Assembly (NCBI GenBank): GCA_964645485.1
Contig: CAZXZO010000002.1
Location: forward strand, 74,212-138,211
Source of the DNA: an uncultured Candidatus Poseidoniales archaeon
GTDB lineage: Archaea; Thermoplasmatota; Poseidoniia; Poseidoniales; Thalassarchaeaceae
Length of the DNA stretch: 64,000 nucleotides
Reading direction: 5' to 3'
The notes below the pieces were generated by a model. The model searched no databases and was not told the DNA's origin. It saw only the letters and a list, made by a program, of their open reading frames with translations. Within the stretch, counting starts at the first letter, position 1. Every line of letters begins with the position of its first letter. Both the position numbers and the translations under genes were made by a program. Positions 32,454-42,836 of the stretch are shown piece by piece.

Positions 32454-35400
32454 TCAATCGTCATCTTCTTCATCATATTCGTCATCAAATTCATCATCAT
32501 CGTCAAACATTAGGTCGTCATCAAACAATTCAGAACGATTCGTGAGAGCTCCCTGCATGCTAACATATGCAACAATAGGTAGAACAATCATAGCGATAAT
32601 AATTCCAATTACAGCGAGTAAGTTTTGGCGAGCGCCTTCAACCCACCCCATTCCAAATGCGTAGTCAACAGACACTCCTACACTAGCACTATTATCGGAT
32701 TCGTCAACTTCCGAAATTTCGTTTTCTGTGTCAACGATTACGATTACTCTGTCAACCCCTTTCTCAGCAACCCATGTCGCAGAAATAGGAATTGCTTCAT
32801 CAGCGATACCGTTCAGTTTCTGTGTGGCGAATGGTTTTTCTGAATCACCAGAATAGAATCCAACTACAAACCCGGAATTAGTTGAACCACCGAGATTAGA
32901 AATCCATGCTGTAACCTCCACTTTGTCACCATTAGCAACAATTTCTTTATCTGCCGAAATTCGTTCTACAGTCAATTGTGCTCCTAGTGCTCCAAACCGA
33001 ATCCATTGTAGTTCGTGGTCACCATTTAGGTCAACAGGTTCTCTCACTGGGTCACTCTTCGAGTTTCCTTCAGTGGCAAGTGGGTTGCCAGCACTGTCCC
33101 AACCTTCAATCCAGAATCCGACTTCATAATCCTGAAGTGGTGGATTCATTCCGTCTCCAATCAAGTCCACAGTACCTGTCCAAGTGATTGCTTGTCCTTC
33201 TTGAAGCATCCCCAAAAGGGAGGACCCTGAGGAAATTTGGCGCTGATTCTCATCTCGCATTAACCAGTGTACCCACTGCGGGCTTCCTGAAAGGTCTGCA
33301 TCTTCCCAGCCAATGAATTCTACTGGTACTTCAGTTAGAGCAGTCTTGTTAGAAATGTCAATGACATCAATCGGTGTTAGCCTTTCAAGAACTCTAGGTG
33401 GAGCGTGATCGACCTTAACTTGCAAAGTTGTTGAAACGGTGTCGCGAGTCATATCCTCACCTCTGCCAGGAATATTTCTCACTCCTGCAAGGAAGGTTCT
33501 AGTTTCACTAGAAGCAAGTGTGGTGGCGGCCCCAAGAGGGACTTCTAAACTAAATCCACCATCGTCAGTTAGGCTTCCATCGGACCAGTATTGTACTCCA
33601 TCGAAGACTTCAACTGTAATTCCCAAATTTTTCGGTGCGGGTACATCGCTACCTTCGTAAACCACTCTACCAGACCAGCGCAAACGGTCGTTAGGCACAA
33701 CCCGGCTTCCATCAAACACGGGGCCAACTCTTGGCTCTTGTACATCTTCTACGGTGTAAGTTTGAGCGTCTAGTACCAAGTCATTCTCAATTCTGAAAGT
33801 GTGCTCTGTGAAGATTTCCCTACGTGGTTCAGTACTGCCTAATTGAGTGAATTCTAAGGCGATATCTGACAGATCAGCATCAGGCCAGTCCCATGAAAAT
33901 GCGAAAGCAAATGTGACCTTCACCCAAGGTAAACCTGTTTCGTTAGTAGTAACAATTCCTCCGCATGATTCATCCAGTATATTATTACAAGCTGGTGAAA
34001 TTTCAAGGTAATCATCGTCAGTCCAAAATGTAGCATTATTTCCACTGAAAGATAATCTCTGTTGGTCTCTCTCTGGATCAGGTCCTTCAAAGTCAAAAAT
34101 TAAAGAAATATCAGTGAAGTCAATCAAGCCGTTGGCATCAACAAGGCCGAGTGTGATATATTGAGTGGTTCCCGCAAATGCTCTTTCACCATCTTCGTGA
34201 CCTGCCCAATGTAATCCGGTGAATACCGAATCCATGTCTTTTCTTGTTCTGTAGGTTACCAAGTCATAATCAAAACCGGGGCCATCTGAACGGAGTAGCG
34301 CATTGCCTGCAACATCAGTTCCGGTGACGTAATAAGAGACTCTTGCCATGTTTGGATTATTTGAATCATCAATATATGCGAAGAACAATTTGTCAATGTC
34401 ATCAGTCATATTTGTCATGGTTTGATTGACGTATTCGCCTGCATCAGCATTGCCATTACGGTTAGAGTCATGTTCTGCTTCTATCCAGTAGTGAAGAGTC
34501 AATTCTTCAGGTGCGCCAATTTCATCCTGAATTCTTATGCGCACCGCTTGGTCTTCTTGCCCTGCCTCGTAGGCATTGTCAAGAGGAGTTGCTTCTATCA
34601 GAGTTGGACTTGTGGCATCAACTCGGATGGTTCGTTGCCATGATTGGTTGGTTGAGAGGACTTTGAGAGGGTCTCTTGGGTTGTCAATCACGACCTCGTA
34701 GAATACACCGTCTGGGCGGTCAATTGTATCTACAGGAACTGGAATAAAGAACTCTCCATATTGGTTTGACCGGTCTTTGGCTTGTACGAAATCACCTTCT
34801 GTAGTTCGCTTGACGACGGCTACATCGAAGGTAGAGTCTAGCGGTGCATCTTGAGTTCCGTCATACCAAATTGCTCCTTGGAAGTACAGCGTTTCACCCG
34901 CTTTAATCCACTCATAATTTGGGACATCATCATGGTGCACAGCACCGTCATTGTCTCTGACTGCCAACCATCCAAGTCCATAGGATTGGTTCACTCGGAT
35001 TCCTGGAGCGTTACTTGCCCGTGATGATAGAGACATTGGTGAGAGGCCTTGGTCATCAGTGCAACTGACTCTGAATCCAACATTGTCCTGTTCAATGAAA
35101 TTAGAGGTGACGCGGAAAGCCCAATGAATTTCTAAAATACCATTACTGTTATTGGTCCACGTTGCAGAAGCATCTGGAATTATCCAATCTTCGGGGTCGT
35201 CATCAATAAGGGTTCCATCACTGTTCCAAGTTAAGGAAGGAGTTTCACTTGCAGGGTATGCTAAGAAATCAAGAGTTGCAGTAGATATGCCTCCGGCATC
35301 TTCACCAATTACGTGTCTAGTTACAACTTCATAGGTGTCAATTGTTTCATGCAACACCATAGTTTCATCCCAACTAATGTCAAGATTGACTGTTTGCATG

Positions 35401-37559
35401 ACGTATGTAATTGAAAATGAATTTATCACCACTTTACCAGAAGACGACGAAAGAATCTGGATTGGGATCAGTTCTGTTCCAGAGCCTGTATCTGGAATAG
35501 CATCATTTAGGGCATTAACAATTGAACTTCCTGATGTGCCAGATGCAGTTACCGTGGAGAGTAAGGCGTTGGTATGAGTCCACTCAGCACTGCCATCACT
35601 GCCGATGTCTAATTTCACATTTTGGGGAGCATTGGAGTAAAGAGCGACTTGGAAGTCATCTACAATTGGACTGTATGCATTGGCGCCACCAGCGTAAAAG
35701 TAGAAACAGAGGGTGAGATATGACAGAGTAGTCGGGAAGTTTACCGTTTGTCCCGGTGTATTCAAAGTCGTAGATGTCCCCGATGTGCAACTGCTAGATG
35801 TAGTCCACCTGACTGATAATGAACTACCACCTAATTCTGTTGAGTTCCACCATACTTGGGCTGCTACAGGCCCATTTGAGCTAGAACCAAAATATGGGGT
35901 TCGCATCCACATTAATCCTGAAGGTGCATAAGAGCCGGTGTAACCTAGGGCAATCGTATCTATTAAAGCAGAAACGTTGCTGTTTGTGCTGTTGAGATAT
36001 GCTCTCCATCCAAGTTGGGTTCCTGAATTTGTGAAAGTTACTCTTGTTCCGATTTGTGCTTGCTTCCAAGTCACTCCACCATCGTTTGTGACTTCATATT
36101 CTACCGATGTTCCTGTTGGCTTCCAGGAAATTGCTGCAGTTAATGTCAAGTCCGGAGTTGTTCTAGTTGCAGTGATTGCGGATGAAGTTATTATTGTAGA
36201 AGTGGTGCTAGGTGTTCCCATTGAAGAAACAGTTGACCTTCCATTGGTGAAGATTTTGTGAGAACTTCCACTTGGGCATTGGGTGTTGTAATAACAACTC
36301 CATGCAAGAGTCCCATCCGCTGTGCCTTCCAGTCCGAAGTGAGCATGATTTGGGAACAAAATATCTCCTTGGTGTTCAGGCCATGCCCCACCTCGGAGGA
36401 AAACCGAGTGGTAGTTTTTGGCCTTACAGTTGTTATTGCTTGAGTATGTACAGTAAACATTCACAGTTACTCTGTCGCCAGCAACATCGAGTCCTGCTGG
36501 TTGACCTTGACCACTTGGAATCATCATCAACAATTGTGTTGAAAGTGCTTGAGCGGGGCTTGAGCGGTTGACATTCCAAAGGTAGTAATTGTAATTTCCA
36601 CTCACATAGCGGGATGCTACAACATACATTTCATTGTCAACTGGGTCAAAAGCAACACCTCCAATGTTGTATGATGAACCATACCATGCCTGATTACATG
36701 ACCAACTGGTCCCTGCAGAATTGACTGTCCACTTAGCGATGTAGTTGTAATTCCAACTTGTTGTCCAAATCGTACCATTTCCATCACTGGTGATGTCAGA
36801 AAGATATGCCATGGTAGAGGTCGTACAACTGTTGAATGAAAGGCTCACAGTGCCTATTTGGGCGCCAGTAGTTGTGTTATAACTCCTAATTGATGGGGTG
36901 CTGTAAAGACTGGTGCTTGACCATTGTGCGACAAAAGTTTTGCTTCCTTGGTAAGCTACAGGGCCAGCATAATTCCAAGAGCCACCAGAATACGCTGAAT
37001 AACCCTGAGTAGTTGCTCCCACTAAATCAGAATCAGCCAAGCCAATAGATCCACCTGTTGTGTTGTGGACTGCATTTGGTGCACTGGAAATATCACTCGT
37101 TCTCGTTAAAGCCCAACTCGCTTCACTTTGCATTTCTCTTAGGGATGTTTGATCGTTACCAACATCAATAGTAGTTCGATAATCATAAGAGAAGTATGGG
37201 ACATTCATAGGCCCATCTGTTGTTGAAGGACCGCCAAAGTGTGTATTGGTGCTTGCATTAGCCCAAGTAGTTGTTGAAGGTTCTCCAGTGATAGAGAAAC
37301 TTGCTGATGTTACTTCTGCTCCATAAGGCATGTTTACTCCAGCAGTTCCACCATTCCCTTGACCGGCAAAGGTGTGGGAAAAACTGGTAGTGCCATCAGC
37401 AAATTGGGTTTCAGTAGTTGCCGCGATTGCAAATGATAGCGTTGTAGACAACAGCATTAATCCGGCCAAGAAAAACGAAGTGAATTTGATTTGGTTGTTG
37501 CATCTAAACATAGGCGGTCCCCTAGGGACCGTTAGGGGTACCATTTCAACCCTTTGCAC
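32454..37559 (-). CDS. Giant cell-surface protein with signal peptide, C-terminal CARDB domain and TM anchor
   Basis: N-terminal hydrophobic signal (FFLAGLMLLSTTLSFAIA); Ser/Thr-rich N-terminal half; LDIGSDG..EW motif; CARDB-like V.V.A.ISNLG...IVIVDTENEISEVDESDNSAS; TM helix then DDDDEFDDEYDEEDDD; probable start ATG 37511. Confidence 0.8.
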   Translation of the reverse strand: MQRVEMVPLTVPRGPPMFRCNNQIKFTSFFLAGLMLLSTTLSFAIAATTETQFADGTTSFSHTFAGQGNGGTAGVNMPYGAEVTSASFSITGEPSTTTWANASTNTHFGGPSTTDGPMNVPYFSYDYRTTIDVGNDQTSLREMQSEASWALTRTSDISSAPNAVHNTTGGSIGLADSDLVGATTQGYSAYSGGSWNYAGPVAYQGSKTFVAQWSSTSLYSTPSIRSYNTTTGAQIGTVSLSFNSCTTSTMAYLSDITSDGNGTIWTTSWNYNYIAKWTVNSAGTSWSCNQAWYGSSYNIGGVAFDPVDNEMYVVASRYVSGNYNYYLWNVNRSSPAQALSTQLLMMIPSGQGQPAGLDVAGDRVTVNVYCTYSSNNNCKAKNYHSVFLRGGAWPEHQGDILFPNHAHFGLEGTADGTLAWSCYYNTQCPSGSSHKIFTNGRSTVSSMGTPSTTSTIITSSAITATRTTPDLTLTAAISWKPTGTSVEYEVTNDGGVTWKQAQIGTRVTFTNSGTQLGWRAYLNSTNSNVSALIDTIALGYTGSYAPSGLMWMRTPYFGSSSNGPVAAQVWWNSTELGGSSLSVRWTTSSSCTSGTSTTLNTPGQTVNFPTTLSYLTLCFYFYAGGANAYSPIVDDFQVALYSNAPQNVKLDIGSDGSAEWTHTNALLSTVTASGTSGSSIVNALNDAIPDTGSGTELIPIQILSSSSGKVVINSFSITYVMQTVNLDISWDETMVLHETIDTYEVVTRHVIGEDAGGISTATLDFLAYPASETPSLTWNSDGTLIDDDPEDWIIPDASATWTNNSNGILEIHWAFRVTSNFIEQDNVGFRVSCTDDQGLSPMSLSSRASNAPGIRVNQSYGLGWLAVRDNDGAVHHDDVPNYEWIKAGETLYFQGAIWYDGTQDAPLDSTFDVAVVKRTTEGDFVQAKDRSNQYGEFFIPVPVDTIDRPDGVFYEVVIDNPRDPLKVLSTNQSWQRTIRVDATSPTLIEATPLDNAYEAGQEDQAVRIRIQDEIGAPEELTLHYWIEAEHDSNRNGNADAGEYVNQTMTNMTDDIDKLFFAYIDDSNNPNMARVSYYVTGTDVAGNALLRSDGPGFDYDLVTYRTRKDMDSVFTGLHWAGHEDGERAFAGTTQYITLGLVDANGLIDFTDISLIFDFEGPDPERDQQRLSFSGNNATFWTDDDYLEISPACNNILDESCGGIVTTNETGLPWVKVTFAFAFSWDWPDADLSDIALEFTQLGSTEPRREIFTEHTFRIENDLVLDAQTYTVEDVQEPRVGPVFDGSRVVPNDRLRWSGRVVYEGSDVPAPKNLGITVEVFDGVQYWSDGSLTDDGGFSLEVPLGAATTLASSETRTFLAGVRNIPGRGEDMTRDTVSTTLQVKVDHAPPRVLERLTPIDVIDISNKTALTEVPVEFIGWEDADLSGSPQWVHWLMRDENQRQISSGSSLLGMLQEGQAITWTGTVDLIGDGMNPPLQDYEVGFWIEGWDSAGNPLATEGNSKSDPVREPVDLNGDHELQWIRFGALGAQLTVERISADKEIVANGDKVEVTAWISNLGGSTNSGFVVGFYSGDSEKPFATQKLNGIADEAIPISATWVAEKGVDRVIVIVDTENEISEVDESDNSASVGVSVDYAFGMGWVEGARQNLLAVIGIIIAMIVLPIVAYVSMQGALTNRSELFDDDLMFDDDDEFDDEYDEEDDD

Positions 37560-37624
37560 TTAGAACAAATCCAATTACACCGAAACTGTATCAGTCAGGA
37601 GGCCTACGAGCGCATGGGATTGAG

Positions 37625-38467
37625 ATGGCGGCAGGCAAGAAGCGGAAAAATTCGAAGCGAGGTTTGAAGGCATATTTTGGAGAAATTTGGGAGGATAAAA
37701 GAGACCATCATTTGACAATTTTGGGAATGCTAACAGTTCTTACTTTTGCCATGATTTTATGGGCAATAGCATTCTTCTCAATGTTTGCTTCAAACGCACA
37801 ACAGGAAGCCAATGGATGGGCAGATTTGACCGCAGCAACTTGGGTTGGAGTCTTACTTGCATTTGTTCTTCTATTGTTTGTTATTCCGGAGTTTTTCCAT
37901 TATCTCGGAGTACGTAATTCACTTGTGGATATTCTTGAGACAGACTCTCGGGCAGAGTTACAAAAGAACAGCAAAGAATTAGATGAAGGGGCCAAACTAC
38001 TCGCCGGCGCGTGGCCTGCTAGAATTGCTGCCAAAAAGGTGGAGTTAGGTTTACGTCGCGATATGCCGGATGGCATGTCATTATCCGACACCGGTAAAAC
38101 CTCATTAATTGGCACTTGGATGAATACTAAATATTCCAGATTAGCCCAGAGATTCCCCGATTCGAACCTACTCAAAGACCCTGGAATAAATAAAATTATT
38201 ATTTTCAGTTCACTGACAGGATTACTCCTATTTGTCTATAATGCCTTAATTGGACTAGCGCGTGAGTCGATAACTAGTCCCCGTAATATGACAGTTGATT
38301 TTACTTCCATCATTACAGGTGGTACATACAATGCAACTTGGGCTCCACACTTTGATTTGGTTGGTGTACTAATGATTGCAATGTTTGCAACAATTCTTTT
38401 CATGACTAGTCCAGCATCCAGTGAAGAGGATGAATCAGATAGTGACTCTATTCAAGAAGAAGAATGA
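37625..38467 (+). CDS. Membrane protein with a DUF3198-like segment
   Basis: About 4 TM helices; PEF...LVDILETDSRAELQKNSKELDEGAKLL resembles DUF3198 (from recall); acidic tail. Confidence 0.45.
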   Translation: MAAGKKRKNSKRGLKAYFGEIWEDKRDHHLTILGMLTVLTFAMILWAIAFFSMFASNAQQEANGWADLTAATWVGVLLAFVLLLFVIPEFFHYLGVRNSLVDILETDSRAELQKNSKELDEGAKLLAGAWPARIAAKKVELGLRRDMPDGMSLSDTGKTSLIGTWMNTKYSRLAQRFPDSNLLKDPGINKIIIFSSLTGLLLFVYNALIGLARESITSPRNMTVDFTSIITGGTYNATWAPHFDLVGVLMIAMFATILFMTSPASSEEDESDSDSIQEEE

Positions 38468-38479
38468 ATGAGGCGGTAA

Positions 38480-39424
38480 TTGATGGCCACACCATTAGGC
38501 TGGATTCGCGAAGCATTGCTTGCAATCGGATTAATTTCGCTTTTAGTAATTGGTTTGTGGGCAACCACAGGTTCTCTTCCGCCAATGGTAGTGGTTGAAT
38601 CATCATCTATGATGCATAATACTGAGGGAGAAGTTGGGGCAATTGACCCAGGTGACCTGGTTCTTGTGATGTCAACATCTCGCCGAACGAAGATTGTCAG
38701 CATGGCAGAAGCAATGGAAGTCGGTGGTGAATGGGAGGGATGGGAATATCATGGCAAACCCGGAGATGTGATTATCTACAAGAAAAATGGTGGAATTGAC
38801 ACGCCCGTCATTCATCGTGTAATTCTTGAAGCAGTAGCAAATAGTACAATCTCACCAACTGATCGTTCACTTGGACTCTGTCCGCAGGGAAGTAGTTGGG
38901 ACCCGATATCAATTGATGCTGATGGGCAGGCAGGAACATGTGTTCTCACATGGGATGCTCCGGGAACTACAGTATTGAATCAAGCCTCAATAAACTGGTC
39001 CTTTGACAATGTGGAATGCCCTTCAAACCCCCATGGTTTGATGGTTCAGGAGTGGGACCCAGGGCACGCAGGATACCTTACTTTGGGGGACAATAACCGT
39101 TGTGATGTGGACCAAGGATCTCAAGCCTATCCCTTGGCAGGTGGACTTACTGATGAGAACGGAAATCGAGTTACTGCTGTACGTTCAGACTGGGTAGTTG
39201 GGGTTGCGGGTGCTGAACTACCATGGCTTGGTACAATCAAACTAGCAGCCTCATCAAATTCGGCCCAAGTAACAGGTCATAGTTGGAGAATGCTGGGAGC
39301 AACAGCGGTCATTCTTTTACTTGGGACATTTGTCGTTGAGCAGGCTACTGAAAAGTTGTTGATTGGTTCGCCTGAAATCTCTCAGGCGAATAAAGAGCAG
39401 GAAAAAAATTCCGAAGAAGAGTAA
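38480..39424 (+). CDS. Signal peptidase I (S26, archaeal/ER Ser-His type)
   Basis: VVVESSSM, IDPGDLV, GDVIIY, VIHRV, TLGDNN..D; N- and C-terminal TM helices. Confidence 0.9.
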   Translation: MMATPLGWIREALLAIGLISLLVIGLWATTGSLPPMVVVESSSMMHNTEGEVGAIDPGDLVLVMSTSRRTKIVSMAEAMEVGGEWEGWEYHGKPGDVIIYKKNGGIDTPVIHRVILEAVANSTISPTDRSLGLCPQGSSWDPISIDADGQAGTCVLTWDAPGTTVLNQASINWSFDNVECPSNPHGLMVQEWDPGHAGYLTLGDNNRCDVDQGSQAYPLAGGLTDENGNRVTAVRSDWVVGVAGAELPWLGTIKLAASSNSAQVTGHSWRMLGATAVILLLGTFVVEQATEKLLIGSPEISQANKEQEKNSEEE

Positions 39425-39433
39425 ACTAATTCC

Positions 39434-40921
39434 TTAGATAATCAATGGAAGAAGGATGATTAGGATTAACATCCCCATCAGAATCAGACTTGACATACTG
39501 GAAATTTTGTGGGCTGCATTGCGCACACTAATTGGATGAGAGTTAGGTGAAAACTTAGCGAAGAATGCAAAGTAGTCATGCAGACGGTCTCTCAATAAAT
39601 GGCCACCATCAAATGGCAGGATTGGAATTAGATTAGCGAAGCCGAGTAGCACATTCATCCACGTTATCCAAAACAGTAGATGGAGTAAAATCATAGTCCC
39701 TTCGAATCCAAGGAAGGTATCACTATCAAGAAGTTGCAATTCTTGTTGATGCATAATTTCTCCCTTGTTCTCTATTGGGTTGAAGATAAGGGACAACGGT
39801 TGTACCGCCAATCCTACAACCAAGGGGAGAGGATCTTTTGGAGCACTTGATGCTAGAGGACCGGACAGTCGATTCGCCCCTGCATCATTGGAGGCTAAGC
39901 CTATCACTCCTAGGAACGCATCTCCTTCCTCTATACCATAAGCAGCGAGAATCGCAGGGTCTGTGCCTAAATCAAGTTGGTATTGATATTGGTCTGCAAG
40001 AGTTAGGTCGATGTCTCGCTGACTCCGCTCACCTTGACTGTCGGCGATAGTAAGAATGGTGAGCGTGATGTTATCTCCCGCTTGGTGTGAATCAAGAAAA
40101 GATATGAAATCATCTTTGTCAGTTATCTCAGAACCATTTGCATGTGTTATCACTTCCCATGGTTGAAGGCCTGCTTCTGACGCAGGTTGTTGGTCAATAA
40201 TTCCTTCAGCATGTACTCCATTTATTGCTGGGGTTAGGGTGTTGGCAACTAATGCCATCACAATAAAAAATATGAAAGCGCCGTAGATATTTATTGCTGG
40301 GCCTGCTGCAAATACTCGCTGTCGTTCACGTCTCGGAGCGCGCATTATTTCTCTTCCTTCTGGCTCTGCAAATGCTCCTATTGGAATCAATCCAAGTATA
40401 AGTAATCCAAAACTTCGAACTCTCATCCCATGTGCACGGGTTAGAATTCCATGCCCATATTCATGAATTACCAAGGCAATAATCAGGCCAATTAATCCCC
40501 AAAGAAGTGGTATTGTTGGTGTTACCCCAGGAATTAAAATTATTTCCGAAGGACTGGCTGGCTCAAGTTCATTAGGATTCATTATCGTGAAAATGAATGT
40601 AAAAATAAAGAAAATTAATACAAGTGCACTGATGAATCTACAAGTCCACAAGCCAATTTCACCAAAAATTTTCCATGCTTTTTGTGGCTTAGAGATTGCA
40701 TCCAAAACCTTCTGACCACGGTTCGTGCGAACCATTAGGACGACTCCAAGTACTCTAGTCGCATCCCAATTGTCAAGTGTTCCTTGGGCTTCTAGCCGCT
40801 TGAGTAAGAGATACCAAACAACAATCCCAAGCACAGACCAATGGATTTGGATAGCTATGATGCTGGCGATGACAATGAAGATGAGTTCGCGAGAGCGAGA
40901 TGTCCCCTCCTCTCTTTGCAC
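39434..40921 (-). CDS. Site-2 protease (M50) with PDZ domain
   Basis: HEYGH, GAFAEP, AAGPAIN, PASEAGLQPWEVI (PDZ), NLIPILPFDGG. Confidence 0.92.
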   Translation of the reverse strand: MQREEGTSRSRELIFIVIASIIAIQIHWSVLGIVVWYLLLKRLEAQGTLDNWDATRVLGVVLMVRTNRGQKVLDAISKPQKAWKIFGEIGLWTCRFISALVLIFFIFTFIFTIMNPNELEPASPSEIILIPGVTPTIPLLWGLIGLIIALVIHEYGHGILTRAHGMRVRSFGLLILGLIPIGAFAEPEGREIMRAPRRERQRVFAAGPAINIYGAFIFFIVMALVANTLTPAINGVHAEGIIDQQPASEAGLQPWEVITHANGSEITDKDDFISFLDSHQAGDNITLTILTIADSQGERSQRDIDLTLADQYQYQLDLGTDPAILAAYGIEEGDAFLGVIGLASNDAGANRLSGPLASSAPKDPLPLVVGLAVQPLSLIFNPIENKGEIMHQQELQLLDSDTFLGFEGTMILLHLLFWITWMNVLLGFANLIPILPFDGGHLLRDRLHDYFAFFAKFSPNSHPISVRNAAHKISSMSSLILMGMLILIILLPLII

Positions 40922-40995
40922 AGGGGTTGCTCTCCACTGTCCTCTTTGAACCTGCGCGTCAAGGGTGATACAGAGCCCTCATAGGTGAGTACTCC

Positions 40996-41196
40996 TTGAG
41001 AGGGGTGATGGCTACAGACGAATCAAATCTGTCTGAGGCCCACAGTGTTGAGCGCAGGCTATCCGATTTGAAGCGCGAAGTTGAAGCAATCAAGCGATTG
41101 ATAACTCAGGCATCTCTAAATCGTCTGACCTCTGAAATTGAGCGACAGGAATCGGAAATTGATGATGTAAAAGAAGAACTTCACTGCAAGATTTGA
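40996..41196 (+). CDS. Small hypothetical coiled-coil protein
   Basis: Fills the gap between divergent s2p and convergent hjc; heptad-like LSDLKREVEAIKRL...IDDVKEEL; probable start ATG 41008 after GGGGTG. Confidence 0.5.
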   Translation: MRGVMATDESNLSEAHSVERRLSDLKREVEAIKRLITQASLNRLTSEIERQESEIDDVKEELHCKI

Positions 41197-41210
41197 AGTC
41201 ATTACATGAT

Positions 41211-41894
41211 TCAAAGCCTAAATTTTTTGACCCATTCTTCTGGCTCTCTTTGTTCAAGAATTGTTTTTTGTTCTTCTTCTATTTTCAGCGTCTCAGCTTT
41301 TTCTGTCCAAGCGTTTGCTTTCGAGCGAAGAGTTTGTGCAGTTTGTGCATAACTATCCGAATCACGGCAAAGTAATGAAAGAAATTTGTGAAGTGGAAGC
41401 CCTTCATCCCAGTCCAAGTGTGGTGTACCATTTCTCGTCAAAGGTAGTGAAGGTAAGCGTCGAGATAATATTGAAACCGAACCGGTCAAATTAGTAGTTT
41501 CCACCTTGAAAATCCGCCACGAATCACCCCTCACTCCTTTCAGTCTCATTGCATATAATGGCATTAAGCCACAACGCTCGCCTTCTTTTTGTAAATCGAG
41601 GTACTGCTCCATAGTTCTTCCAGAGAGATAGACCTTTTTTTCCTTGGTAGTTTTCACTTCAATAGGAAATGAAATATCACCTCGAACCGCTATCAAATCA
41701 CCTGCTCCGGCAACTCCACTTCCGGCAGCACGAACAACCAAAAATGGTCTTCTGATAACTTGCATTGCCCTTGCTTTCTCAGAGGCGTTACAACTTCTTG
41801 TAACAGCCCTGACTCCATCAGGTGAACCAATCAGAACTGCGCGCAGTTCGCGCTCATAATGAGAAGCCATCGTTGAGCACGCTAATCCATTCAT
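41211..41894 (-). CDS. hjc: Archaeal Holliday junction resolvase Hjc
   Basis: YERELR, VRAAGSG, GDLIAVR, IEVK (PD-(D/E)xK); probable start ATG 41870. Confidence 0.85.
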   Translation of the reverse strand: MNGLACSTMASHYERELRAVLIGSPDGVRAVTRSCNASEKARAMQVIRRPFLVVRAAGSGVAGAGDLIAVRGDISFPIEVKTTKEKKVYLSGRTMEQYLDLQKEGERCGLMPLYAMRLKGVRGDSWRIFKVETTNLTGSVSILSRRLPSLPLTRNGTPHLDWDEGLPLHKFLSLLCRDSDSYAQTAQTLRSKANAWTEKAETLKIEEEQKTILEQREPEEWVKKFRL

Positions 41895-41977
41895 TCAAGA
41901 CAATGCCGGCGAGATTTGCTTATCGCGCATCGTTTCTGATAGAAATTGGCTAAATCGGGTCACATCTACCGGAACCA

Positions 41978-42769
41978 TTGACAAAGGTCGGGGCCCCACA
42001 CCTATTCGTGGGAGTACTAATCATACGGACGGCTGATTTCAAATTGGCCTATCGTTTGATGAAGGCGTTACGAAAGCGCGGAATTGAATTTCTTCAAGTT
42101 TCAGAGAATTCACCCTTACCACCGGATGCTTCTGTTTGGCTTGGAACAACAGCAGAGGTGGGTGCAAGTAAAGTTGGTAACGGAATCGCCTGTTCATTAG
42201 ACGATGTAGAGGTTTCAATTGACCGCGCATTACACCTTTCAACCTTGAAAGACCCCACGAGAATACTCGCTTTTGGAATCGACCCGGGGCCCCGTCCTGG
42301 TTTAGCGTGGAATTCAGATGGAAAGCCTCTTGGAACTGAACAAATGGAAGATGTAGATGAAACAGTTGACAGAATCTGCCAACTGGTCAAGTCAATTCCA
42401 CATGCAGTTGCAGTTGTAAGAATTGGAGATGGCTCACCGACAATAGGTTCACGCCTTGCAAACATTTGTTTGGCAAGAGGTTTGAGAGTAGAGATGGTCG
42501 ATGAGAGGAGAACTTCAACGGGAGTTGGTCGCCATGAGCATCACGCCGCGGCGGCGCGAATTGGACAAATTATTGGTGAAGAAGTGACTAGTAAACGCAA
42601 AGTCAAACCATCCACAGGAGAGGTTAGGGAAATCCAACGCAAATCACGTAGTGAGAGTGGAGGGAAACTTACACTACCAATTGAATTAGCACAAGCAGTT
42701 GCTGTGGGAAGGCTGTCAATGGTTGAGGCTTTTGACGAGTATGAGAGGCGACGAGAAACTCCATTTTGA
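41978..42769 (+). CDS. Hypothetical protein with RNase H-fold YqgF/Tex-like domain
   Basis: AFGIDPGPRPGLA, VRIGDG, VDERRTS, HAAAARI resemble YqgFc motifs. Confidence 0.55.
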   Translation: MTKVGAPHLFVGVLIIRTADFKLAYRLMKALRKRGIEFLQVSENSPLPPDASVWLGTTAEVGASKVGNGIACSLDDVEVSIDRALHLSTLKDPTRILAFGIDPGPRPGLAWNSDGKPLGTEQMEDVDETVDRICQLVKSIPHAVAVVRIGDGSPTIGSRLANICLARGLRVEMVDERRTSTGVGRHEHHAAAARIGQIIGEEVTSKRKVKPSTGEVREIQRKSRSESGGKLTLPIELAQAVAVGRLSMVEAFDEYERRRETPF

Positions 42770-42836
42770 TTCAGAAAATTGCAAGTTGTTCGTAACCGGC
42801 TTGCTAAAGAAGTGAACACACTTCGAAGATTACACT

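Noticed and set aside
32454-32530. TCA/TCG trinucleotide-like repeat
   Set aside because: It is the antisense of the Asp/Glu-rich tail of the surface protein, not an independent microsatellite.
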